DNA of 63,853 bases, counting the filler, from Reclinomonas americana ATCC 50394 (lineage: Eukaryota), in the NCBI GenBank assembly GCA_048213135.1. It is 5 parts of 3 records of this genome, joined end to end, with 100 filler letters (N's around TTAATTAATTAA, not from the genome) between each part and the next. Parts side by side here need not be neighbours in the genome. Positions count along the whole stretch, not along the records: positions 1 to 28,828 come from PS015094.1; 4 more parts are not named here. One strand, 5' to 3'. The notes beneath the pieces were generated by a model. It worked only from the letters and a program-made list of their open reading frames with translations. It did not search any database and was not told where the DNA came from. This document shows, piece after piece, positions 1 to 11,500 of the stretch; position 1 is the first letter of the stretch; each line of letters opens with the position of its first letter. The translations under genes were made by a program, and so were the position numbers.

Positions 1-655
1 TGAGAGGAGAGACGAGGGCGATGACCAGGTGCGACGAATCCAACGTGCAATGATCCACAACAGCGAGGTCAGTGCTCGTGCTACACCACTGAGCATGCAC
101 GGTGGTCGCGGGGATATAAGGCAACAGAGAACACCGCAAGAGCTGAGGCGCTTTCTCCCTCCTTCCCTTGTCGCGCCACGCACGCGGAGTTGGGAGGAGA
201 GTGTGTCACACACACACGCGCACTCGCAGAGAGCAAGGAGAGAGTGTGCGTGTGAGGCAAGACGCAGGTGTGGGTGCAAGCACACACACACGCGCGTGAA
301 AGAGAGAGTGAGAGAGTGGGTGGGCGGACTTCGACTTCACGCGCCAATCTATCTCGTCGATTTTCCGCATTTGTGGTATCAGTCATGCATGCGGCCATTC
401 TCTGCCTACCTGCAACTTTAAAAGCAGGAAGACTACTTGTGCTTCGTGGGAAAGGTCGACGTTTCTTCAGATCCGCTGCAAACAACGCAAGAGGTGCATG
501 TGCGCCACGTGGCGCTGTGTGGTTTAGCGCAGAGCCGCTATTTACGGTGATTGACCATGCGCTGCGAATGGCTGACTGGATACCCCGCCTACCCTTCCCC
601 TCCTCCCAAAAAAGCAAATACACACGCAAAAAAACAAGAGTCTCACTCTACCCGG

Positions 656-2388
656 TTACTTGTGCAATGAAATGGCCTTGAGTTCTTCCTCGACAAAGCG
701 CCCAGCCTCAATTCGTGGGTACTTGGCCAGGGCGGCCTCGGTGCGGAACGGACCAATAGGCTCGAGCCACAAATCCGACGCCACGTGTGAGAACAGGGTG
801 GACGACACACGCCACGTGGAGCGGCCTTCGGCCTGGGCGCGCTCCAGTGCACGGGCAGTGGCGTCAAAGAACACCACCTCGTGGAATCCCGCCTCAATGG
901 CACCACCTGCATACGTAGTAGGATCGACAGTGGGTGAGTGCGGCCGTCGATCAGAAGGACGATTTGCGTGTGTGTGTGCGCGCACCAGTCAAGTGCTCCA
1001 GCTGCATTGCAGCCTGCACGAGAAGGCAGCCCTCCGGGACCTTGACCTGCACCTTGGTTCCATCGCGGAGCCATGCAAAGAGCGCAGGGTATCGACTCCG
1101 ACCGCTGTCGAGATCGAGAAGCACAAGTGTGAGTCCATTTGGTTTGGCAGAGTGAATGAATCTCACACGCAACTGAATCGTGAGCAGATTCAGATCCTGA
1201 TGCACCGACGCAATCACCTCGCCGTCCTTGCACTTGGCCATATCAGCTACGCGACGAATTCTGCGTGTAAGCAAAAGCGGAGAGTGCTGTGCAAACCAAT
1301 ACAAATACACACGCACCTCCCGTGGGCGCCAACAAATGCGGACCCTTGTCCAACAGCTTCACAATCGCATCCTCCTCCAGACCGCCGCCAACCGCAATCA
1401 TTCGCGAGCAGGCGTACACAGCGTCGAGCATGCGCTGGCCCCACAGATCCATGAGCTCCGTCCAGTTCGGAATGGCTAATCACAGCACACATGAGAAGCG
1501 CAAAGTATGCACACATGCACACACACACTTGGCGCACCAGCAGGCACTACCGGCGGGCAATTGAGCTCATAGAAGCTGGTGTGCTCCGGTCGCTCGCCAA
1601 TGCGCCAGAAGAAACGCCACTTGGGATCGGCTCCCGAATACGGGTGCGGCTGATGTTCTGGCGGAAAGTCGGCGAAACGGGCCGTGTGATCGCGCGCAAC
1701 CTTTTTTTGCAAACACAGAGAACACAATGTGAATAACAACAACATAAGGAAGCAAGAGATATAATGTACCTCGGTGTACGATGGTGTGGCACCGACTTGA
1801 TAGGCGATATCGGGGAACACGTCACGCATCTTGACCTCGTCGGGTTGCTCATAGTACTGCTCCATCATCGACACAAAGCGCGTGTTGTCTTCCTCGCTCA
1901 CACGCGGATCCTATGGCACAAAAAGAAAAAACAACAAAGGGCGATCTGCATCAGCAGAGGAGCGAAAAAGATGCGCACACTTGCACAGTGCATCTTCTTC
2001 TTTCTTGGAGGAGAGGAGTGTATGCGCACGTGCGTGATAGTGAGGTGGATCAGAGGCATGCAGGGGCGTAGATGTGTGCACGTGCGTGTGAAAGGAGAGA
2101 GAGCGCGCGCACACGTCGCCATGATCCACCATGCAACTCACACACAAAAACTCTCTCGTTCTCTCTTTCGCTTTCTTCTCTGCGTGCTGTGCACACATAT
2201 CCCCCTCTCTCTCTGTGTGTGTATCACTGTCTCTCTGCATGCACGATCGCCTCACAAACCTTGAGAATCAGGACACCCGTCTGTGCAATCTGCTCAAACG
2301 CGCGGCGGCATTCGGCCTCCCATCCCTCCCTCCGGTCCAGGAAGAGACCAACGTCGATGGGCGAAAGAAGAGCGTCCGTGCTTTGCAT
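656..2388 (-). CDS. 2OG-Fe(II) dioxygenase (IPNS-like superfamily), 7 exons
   Basis: Spliced translation: MQSTDALLSPIDVGLFL...GVLILK|DPRVSEEDNTRF...DPKWRFFWRIG...GPHLLAPTG...HQDLNLLTIH|GRSRYP...AGFHEVV...WRVSSTLF. It has the HxD...H iron triad and an RxS motif; introns are GT-AG. Confidence 0.85.
1105..1173 (-). other. intron with atypical GTTGCGT donor
   Basis: att ca|GTTGCGT...acag|c ggt cgg restores the conserved TIHGRSRYP motif. Confidence 0.85.
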
Positions 2389-2502
2389 GAAAGCTTGTTT
2401 GAGGCGAGATGTGAATCGAGCGTCCGGTCCGTCGAGTCGTGGTGAATGCGATCGTTAAAACGGCGGCAAAAGCAGTTCATTTATTAGGCGAGAGAAGTCA
2501 TA

Positions 2503-5500
2503 ATGTCGCGCCAGCAACGAGTTACTTACTCTATGCGCACTTGCACACACGCATACAACTCTCTCTTTCTTCTCGATCACTAACTTTGAGTGCTTTCTCT
2601 CTCACACGCACTCAGGCACAAGAGGATGACCCCGAGTACGTGCGACGCGACAGCGCCGCACTCAAGCACGTTCACCGACGAGTGGAGTCGTCGGTGCACC
2701 GACTGCAGCTTCACCACGATCGGCTCATGCACGAGAAAGGGTGCGTGTGTGTGTGAGAGAAAGTCAGATTTGGTCATCTGGCGCGCAACTCAACCAATTG
2801 TGACATTGCAGATCGTCGTCTGCTGGTGGCGACAGCGTCAGTGCGCAGTCGTCCTCTGCCAGCAGTGTTGGTCCCTCGGCAGCCGCACCGACGTACCTGC
2901 CACCGCACTCGTACACAGTCAAGCCACCGCCGTCGACTGTTCGTTTGCGTTTNNNNNNNNNNNNNNNNNNNNNNNNNNNNNNNNNNNNNNNNNNNNNNNN
3001 NNNNNNNNNNNNNNNNNNNNNNNNNNNNNNNNNNNNNNNNNNNNNNNNNNNNNNNNNNNNNNNNNNNNNNNNNNNNNNNNNNNNNNNNNNNNNNNNNNNN
3101 NNNNNNNNNNNNNNNNNNNNNNNNNNNNNNNNNNNNNNNNNNNNNNNNNNNNNNNNNNNNNNNNNNNNNNNNNNNNNNNNNNNNNNNNNNNNNNNNNNNN
3201 NNNNNNNNNNNNNNNNNNNNNNNNNNNNNNNNNNNNNNNNNNNNNNNNNNNNNNNNNNNNNNNNNNNNNNNNNNNNNNNNNNNNNNNNNNNNNNNNNNNN
3301 NNNNNNNNNNNNNNNNNNNNNNNNNNNNNNNNNNNNNNNNNNNNNNNNNNNNNNNNNNNNNNNNNNNNNNNNNNNNNNNNNNNNNNNNNNNNNNNNNNNN
3401 NNNNNNNNNNNNNNNGCCCTCGTTCACCTCGGCGACAAGACGCACACCCGTGCAGCAATCCAAGTCAGCAAGGAGGTACGCGCGTTCTCCGTGTGTGTGT
3501 GTGTGTGTTGTGTGGGGGAATCGGCTCGCTCACAGCACTGTGATCATGAATGCAGCTATCGCGACCAGAGCGCGTCACCACTGCGACCACCATCGGCGCA
3601 AGACAGCGAAGACAACAGACCCGAGCCGTGCGTCATGATCAAGATGACCACCACCACCACCACCACCACCCCTGCTACTGCCGTAGCCGACATGGTACCA
3701 CCATCACGGCGCGGCAGCATTTCGTGCCCCTCCAGCCCACGACAAGCTCGCACACCGTCGCCGCTGCCGCAGGCCGTCTACAATCGTCACCGTCGAATGT
3801 CGAGCATCATTCCGTCGCTCCCGCCTCTGCTGGCGGCCTCACACGCCACACTGACAGTCGGTCACATGGGCGAGCACAGCAACACAGAGTTGAGACTGCG
3901 TGGCGACCTTGCCGACGAATTCCCCATTGGCAAGGGACTCTCGTTCAGGGTGCCGTCTGCTCGCACCACCCAGTCACCCCGACCTTCCACTCCGGGCGAG
4001 CAGCACCGTGACGATGGGGCGGACTATGTGGATTCACAGGATGCCGGCACTGACGTGGGAGACAGCAGTGCAATTGATGTTGCACAGGACCACGAGCAAG
4101 AACAAGAGGAAGAAGAGGAAGAAGACGAAGAAGAAGAGGAGGCGAAGGAGGAGGAAGAGGCAAAGGAGAGTGACGACGAGGTGGACGAGGACGCCGAGGT
4201 GGAGCGCGGACGGGCGGCGTTTGCCAGCATTGACAGCTACGACTCTGGCGCCGATGAACCGTACACCACGCGCACCACTCGCAGCCACAGCACCGTCTCG
4301 ATCACGGCCGAGGTGGCCAACGAACTGGCCGCAGAGCGGCGTCTCGCACCCGACGAGTACAATCGATGGCAGGCTGGCGAGCTGCCGTTGGGCCATTTCT
4401 TGCCCCTCGATCTCTTCGACGACCCCACACTCGAGCAGCTGGCGCCATTCACCTGGATCGCCAAGACTGTTGCGCACCTGATTTTTTCGATTCACTTGCC
4501 TGTTGACTGACAAGCGCACGCACAGGACGTGGTTCATGCCTTCTCCATTTACTGCACCGGGACAGACACGTGGGAGTGGCGACCGTGCACCGTGCTGCAC
4601 TACGACCCCGTGAGCGAGCTCTTCCTCATCCAGTGGTCGTCGACCATGAGTGTCTCCACGCATCAGAAACATGTCCGCCGGTGAGACCAGTCATTGTGCC
4701 CTTGCACCGCCATGTAGAAACTGACTGACACAATTGTTTGCAGGCTGAACCTGCGCTTCGAAATGGAGTCGCCGGAATTGCTCAACGAGCGCATCCTTCA
4801 CGCAGTGATGTGGCGCGAACGAGCCGAGTACGCTGCGCGTCTCGAACACCATCTGAGTCACTACGTGTCCGACGCAGTGGTGACGCCGCTTAGCGACGGT
4901 GCGTTCTTATCGCTCCCGTGCAACAGTTGCATGTACGCTGCTGATGCTTGATCAAAACAGACACTGTGCGCTCCATCGAGCGACGAGTGGGGACACTGGC
5001 CGGTGCACGTCTGCCTCCCGCCGTGCGACAGGAAGTTCACCAGCAGTCGTGGGCCGACGCGAGACACGCCTACGACATGGCCCTCAAGCAGTGCCATGTT
5101 TCCGAGCAGCGGTGCGTCAAACTTGCCACCTGCCATTATTTTTCGCAGCCACTGAGAGCGCTCCACGCCACCANNNNNNNNNNNNNNNNNNNNCAGGTTG
5201 CTGGATGTGGAGTTGGACGAGTTCTTGGTGTCGCTGAAGCTTGCACCACCGTCGTTTGATGCCGTGGAGAAGCCGCCAGTGTTCTCGTCCAAGCAACGGA
5301 TTCCGGGATACACACGCGCAGCATTCCGCGAGGCGCGAAACGCGCTGCAACACTCACTGGTGCCCGGAAACGAGCAAGTGTGCAAACTGTTCTTGTCCAT
5401 ACGGACAGAGTGGGATCGTGTGTACGCAAAGAGGCTGCTGGCCGCCGTACCACAAGCCGAGGGTGGTGGGAAGCATACGTCGAACATTGTGGATTTTGTG

Positions 5501-8500
5501 AGTGAGGTCACTCTGCAGGTGCGCATGGCAGTGGATTTGATCCACGGGGACTGGCGCAAGTTCTGTATTGCGACCACCAAGGAGCATGTGGGACAATTGT
5601 TGGTGGCTCTGGCAAGCACCCAGGTGCTACCGAGCAGTGGTGCAGGGTCGGACAGTTCAGTGACCGGCAGTGTGGCAGCTAGATTCCTGCGCCTGCTGAG
5701 CATGCAGTTGAATGACTTGCTGCGAGACTTGGTGATGGAGTCGCTGCGTGCGTATTGCACTTTCATGGACAATTTTGCTGTGCCGCGGATGGCTGCGCAG
5801 GCTTGTGACTACTGGGTCAGCGACTCACAGCTGTTGTTCGACCTGGAGCTGTCGGTGGATCTGGAGATCGTGCCACCTGTATCCTACATTTGTGATGCCC
5901 TTCCCAGCGCATTCAAGCGGTGTCTCACACTGACCACCGGTGATTTCTCTCCAGTCTCTCTCTCCTTCATGCTGCAGCGTCGCCATTGCTTGTTTTCTCA
6001 CACACGTGGCGCACGCAGAAACGATTCCGATGTTTGGCCAGCTCCTGCTGTCGGGCATGACGGTGACCGATGCCATGCTGCCCGGTGTGAATGCAGAAGA
6101 GCCGGCAGTGGTGGAACTGAGGAGTATGTTGATGCGAACTGTGGAGAACAACATGGCCACNNNNNNNNNNNNNNNNNNNNNNNNNNNNNNNNNNNNNNNN
6201 NNNNNNNNNNNNNNNNNNNNNNNNNNNNNNNNNNNNNNNNNNNNNNNNNNNNNNNNNNNNNNNNNNNNNNNNNNNNNNNNNNNNNNNNNNNNNNNNNNNN
6301 NNNNNNNNNNNNNNNNNNNNNNNNNNNNNNNNNNNNNNNNNNNNNNNNNNNNNNNNNNNNNNNNNNNNNNNNNNNNNNNNNNNNNNNNNNNNNNNNNNNN
6401 NNNNNNNNNNNNNNNNNNNNNNNNNNNNNNNNNNNNNNNNNNNNNNNNNNNNNNNNNNNNNNNNNNNNNNNNNNNNNNNNNNNNNNNNNNNNNNNNNNNN
6501 NNNNNNNNNNNNNNNNNNNNNNNNNNNNNNNNNNNNNNNNNNNNNNNNNNNNNNNNNNNNNNNNNNNNNNNNNNNNNNNNNNNNNNNNNNNNNNNNNNNN
6601 NNNNNNNNNNNNNNNNNNNNNNNNNNNNNNNNNNNNNNNNNNNNNNNNNNNNNNNNNNNNNNNNNNNNNNNNNNNNNNNNNNNNNNNNNNNNNNNNNNNN
6701 NNNNNNNNNNNNNNNNNNNNNNNNNNNNNNNNNNNNNNNNNNNNNNNNNNNNNNNNNNNNNNNNNNNNNNNNNNNNNNNNNNNNNNNNNNNNNNNNNNNN
6801 NNNNNNNNNNNNNNNNNNNNNNNNNNNNNNNNNNNNNNNNNNNNNNNNNNNNNNNNNNNNNNNNNNNNNNNNNNNNNNNNNNNNNNNNNNNNNNNNNNNN
6901 NNNNNNNNNNNNNNNNNNNNNNNNNNNNNNNNNNNNNNNNNNNNNNNNNNNNNNNNNNNNNNNNNNNNNNNNNNNNNNNNNNNNNNNNNNNNNNNNNNNN
7001 NNNNNNNNNNNNNNNNNNNNNNNNNNNNNNNNNNNNNNNNNNNNNNNNNNNNNNNNNNNNNNNNNNNNNNNNNNNNNNNNNNNNNNNNNNNNNNCTTGCG
7101 TGATTTCATGGACACACTGGCTCCTCTGGTGGACATTTCTGCGTCCGAGACTTTGGCTGCTGGTGGTATGTGTGCATGTGTATGCATGTGTGTATCGAGA
7201 CACAGCCATCTTACTGTCAAGTGCACAGTGGTGGAGAAGGCTGAATCGGTGGCCTTGGTGGCCAGCACCGGTGCGTCACGAGTGACTGACATTGAGGAGG
7301 CATATGTTGCTGTGTTCCGCGAAGCGCTTGATGCACTCGCAGAGCGAGGTCGCGCCATTGAGCGTGTTCTCAAGGCACCCGAGCGTTGCGTCAGTGCGGC
7401 TATAGCGTCCTATTCGCTAGACCGTCGAACCTCACGGATCTGCTGCATACAGTGTTCTTCACGGCATTCCGCCTCGACGTGAGCGAGGCTCGACGCGTTC
7501 TTCGCGAGCGCGTACAGCACGCCATGACCACCATCCTCGACCACCTGTGCAAACATTTGGGCGAACGAGTGGTGGTGCTGAATGAGAGATACGAGAGCCT
7601 GTACCATAGCATCGCCAGGCAGCCGGCCACGCCCGATGGTGAGCGCTCCTTGATGTGTGTGCCTGCAGACTGACACGACAATATGGTACTCACCAGGCGT
7701 GCCGTGTCACACACAGACTTGCGCTTGATGAAGCACATTGTCGAGCAGCATTCTGTGGTGTCGGAGTCGTGGATCGAAGAAGTGCGATCCATGCACTCGG
7801 TGCTGCAAGTGCTCGACACGCACCGCCGTCTGCTGTCGGACGACCAAGCTTCGCAGTTTTACACCCTCCAACAGTGGCCACGACGTGTACACTTCGCCAT
7901 GGCTGGTGAGGGNNNNNNNNNNNNNNNNNNNNNNNNNNNNNNNNNNNNNNNNNNNNNNNNNNNNNNNNNNNNNNNNNNNNNNNNNNNNNNNNNNNNNNNN
8001 NNNNNNNNNNNNNNNNNNNNNNNNNNNNNNNNNNNNNNNNNNNNNNNNNNNNNNNNNNNNNNNNNNNNNNNNNNNNNNNNNNNNNNNNNNNNNNNNNNNN
8101 NNNNNNNNNNNNNNNNNNNNNNNNNNNNNNNNNNNNNNNNNNNNNNNNNNNNNNNNNNNNNNNNNNNNNNNNNNNNNNNNNNNNNNNNNNNNNNNNNNNN
8201 NNNNNNNNNNNNNNNNNNNNNNNNNNNNNNNNNNNNNNNNNNNNNNNNNNNNNNNNNNNNNNNNNNNNNNNNNNNNNNNNNNNNNNNNNNNNNNNNNNNN
8301 NNNNNNNNNNNNNNNNNNNNNNNNNNNNNNNNNNNNNNCACACACGTGCGGTACGGAACTTGGTACGTGTTGTTGGAATTGCTGCACGAATTGCGTGAGC
8401 TGCCGTACGGTTGCCATGGAGTTGCTGTCGGGCGCAAAGGTGCGTGCCGCTTGCCGAATCTCCAGCAGCCAGTGCTATATAGAGCGAGTCAGCATCAGAG

Positions 8501-11500
8501 GCCGTAGGGGGACTCTGCTGTCTTCATCTCCCCGTCGCAACTTTCATCGTGGGGGCGACGCGTTCCGGATCCAGTTCATCAAAGGGTGACTCCATCCACT
8601 CCTGTCGCACAGTGATGAACGACGACGCCGCCATCCACATGCGATGATGACTCGAGAATGTCACTCGCAGGTCGTCCAGTTGCGGATACGTCGGCATTTG
8701 CATACCGAGTAGCTGGCTGTCCAGTCTGTGCATGTGCACATCATGGATGGAATGAGCTTCTACAAATACAGCCACGCAAGCAGACAGGTAAGAAGATATC
8801 GCAACTGGAACCGCCGACTTTGCTCGACTGCCGACTGCAGATCGTCCATGAGTTGAGCGGCCTGGTTGCCTCGTTCGGCCACATCGTCGAGCCCGGAGTA
8901 TCGCTCAAAGGCTCTGACGCGTGCGTCCAGCGAGTCAATGTGTGCGTTGAAGTCGGTGATTTTGAGCTTCAGTTGATTGATAAAGTAGTCGACATCCAGA
9001 CACAGAATCGTCTCCAAGTCTGTGTGGCGCACGGTAAGCACGCAAGAGAAAAAGAAGACACGACGCGGAGGAAGCNNNNNNNNNNNNNNNNNNNNNNNNN
9101 NTGACCACACAGTGTGCGTGTTCATGACAATCCGTCTGTCTCTCGTGCAGTGATCAACCTCTTGCGCCACGGCGGCATGCGTGACCGCCACTGGGAGGAA
9201 ATGGAGAAAGTTTGCGGTGTGCGCATCAGGGCACTGCCGAATGAGACTCTGGCCGGAGTCATTTCTCGTCATGTTGCGTTTGCGTCGCTCACAACTCTGC
9301 AACGTGCTGTGACACAGCTCTCATTTTTTCCATGCGGCCCACAGTTGGAGGTGTACGAGGTGCAGCTGCGCAACGTCAGTGAGCGCGCCATGCAGGAATT
9401 CCAGATAGAAAAACTGCTGGAGTCGATGCGTCTCGAGCTGCGCAAGGCAGAAATCAAGACCGCGCCACACGGCGACACGCATGTCATTTGTTCCACCAGC
9501 AGCCTGTCGGTACGTGAATCGCCACAGGTCGTGGACAAACGCAGCCTCTCTGTCGACTCATTATTTTGTGCGCATCGTGGCAGACCATTCTCGACGACCA
9601 GATTGCACGCACCCAACAACTGATGTGTCACCCACTGATCCATGTGCACATTCGACCAACCACCGAGTGGCTGAGCAGGCTGAACCAGGCAAGTGGCCAT
9701 GAGGTCCGTGGCGGTGCAGACGTTTGCACTCACTCGCCTTTTTTTCTTGTCGCAGACCAAATATGTCTTGCAAACATGGAATCGCATTCAGCCTGTGTGG
9801 GTGTCGTTGGGACCATTCTTTGCTGTGCCGCTCATTCGCAAGGTGCCGCCACTCCCCACCGCCTGCCATGCGCAAAAACTGTTACGTTGACTGATTACGG
9901 TACTGCACCACAGGAACTTCCGCATGAGACCGAAGTGTTTGGTATGCTGGACGACGCGCTTCGGATCATCGTCGAGGAGACGCAGGCAAACAGATCGCTG
10001 GCTGCCGTTCCGCATGCCTCTCTCTCGCTCAAGTTTGGACGACTGAGCAAGATCGTCGATCGGGTTCAGCACGGTACGACAGCAGCGACACCATGTCGAT
10101 TGTTGCTGGTCCATTTTTCATTTCCATCCAACGCAGGCATGAGTTCGTGGATTGAGCGCAAGCGCATGGTGTTTCCGCGTTTCTTCTTCATGTCCGACAG
10201 TCAACTGGTATCACTGTTCACCGAGGTGACCATCGACTCGAGGAACATTCAGCGGTACTTGCCGAGCATCTTCCCCGGCATCTACCACCTGCAAATGGAC
10301 GACTCGGGCACCGTGTCGGTATGTGATGCGCGTAGCAGCAGACATTTCAGCTTCTTGCGCTCACATCATCGCGCCAATATCAGGCCATCTCTGGTAGCTT
10401 CCGCGACTTGGTTGGGCTCACAGAAAGTGTGACCACCAAGATGCAGCAGCCGCAACTCTGGCTCGGTCACCTCGAGGAGTCGATGAAGAAGTCGCTGCGT
10501 CGGCTCATCATGCTGGCCAGCCGTTCGCGAGAGGAGAGCAGTGTCTCGCAGTGGGTGCGTCAGCATATTTGTGTGATGTTTGTCGCTTACTCTGTCTCAC
10601 ACCACGTGATGCAGGCTGTCAAGTGGCCTGCGCAAGCGGTCTATGTGGTACTGCAGTTGGTCCGGTGAGTAGTGACGACATCGTAAATGCGCGTCGCGCT
10701 GTCGTCGCGTCTCACGATTGTCTGCGTGTAGATCCGCCGAGTTTGCCGACGCACTAAGCGGGTCAGACAGCGCCTCAATGCTGCGAAAGCTGAAGAACAG
10801 AATCGCCAGCGAGAATGAGCAGCTCTTCAAGTTGCTGCGTTCGGGCGAGTGCTCGTGGAGCCAGCAACTCACCTTGTCGGCGCTCGTCACACAAAACCTG
10901 CATTCACGGGACCTGATCGGCTCCCTGCTGGCGGAGGCATCGCGTACGCAGGCGGCGCCATCGGCCGATGAGTTCGCCTTCCAGGGCTCAGTGCGGCTGC
11001 ATCTCGACACCTCCAATGCCGACAGCGTGCACATTGTGCTGCGAATCATGGACTGCACCATGCACTACGGATTCGAGTACCTCGGCGGCCTGCCGCGTCT
11101 AGTGCTCACACCCGATACGCAGCACGTGTTCCGTGCGGTCACAAGTGCGGTGTCCTACGGTCTTGGAGCGTGCTTGGTGCGTACCCAGTATGTGTTGATA
11201 CGGGTATCTTGTACACTCACTTGCTTTGTACGCAGACTGGTGTTCCGGGAGTTGGTCGTGTGGCCATGTTGGAGGACTTGTCGCGGCTGTGCGGTCGGCA
11301 ATTCCGCCGCCTCGACTGTGTGGACACGGTGGATGTGGCATCTGCTTTGCAGCTGGTCAAGGGTGCAGTCGCGTGCGGAGCGTGGATGTGCTTGGCCGAG
11401 GTCCAGAACTTGCGCGTCGACGTGGTGTCGGTGCTGGCGCAGCACATGTGGAATGTGATGCAGAATCTATCTCTGCGCGAGTCGGAAACTGTGAACATTG

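Noticed and set aside
1-420. Possible gene start on the minus strand near 96 (MLSGVARALTSLLWII...) and ORFs 29-421 and 81-629
   Set aside because: Microsatellite-rich with no recognisable domain, and it runs off the window edge; not supportable.
1696-1701. GTTGCG on the minus strand in the oxygenase gene
   Set aside because: It directly follows an acceptor AG and encodes V-A at an exon start, so it is exonic and was not counted as a donor.
4469-4526. Alternative reading of GTTGCG introns as non-canonical TT...AGN introns
   Set aside because: Equivalent only when the next exon starts with G. The TIHGRSR and IGDPQE cases need GT-AG boundaries to keep conserved residues.
2953-7094. Long ORFs in the supplied track that span N runs
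   Set aside because: Artefacts of translating gaps as X.
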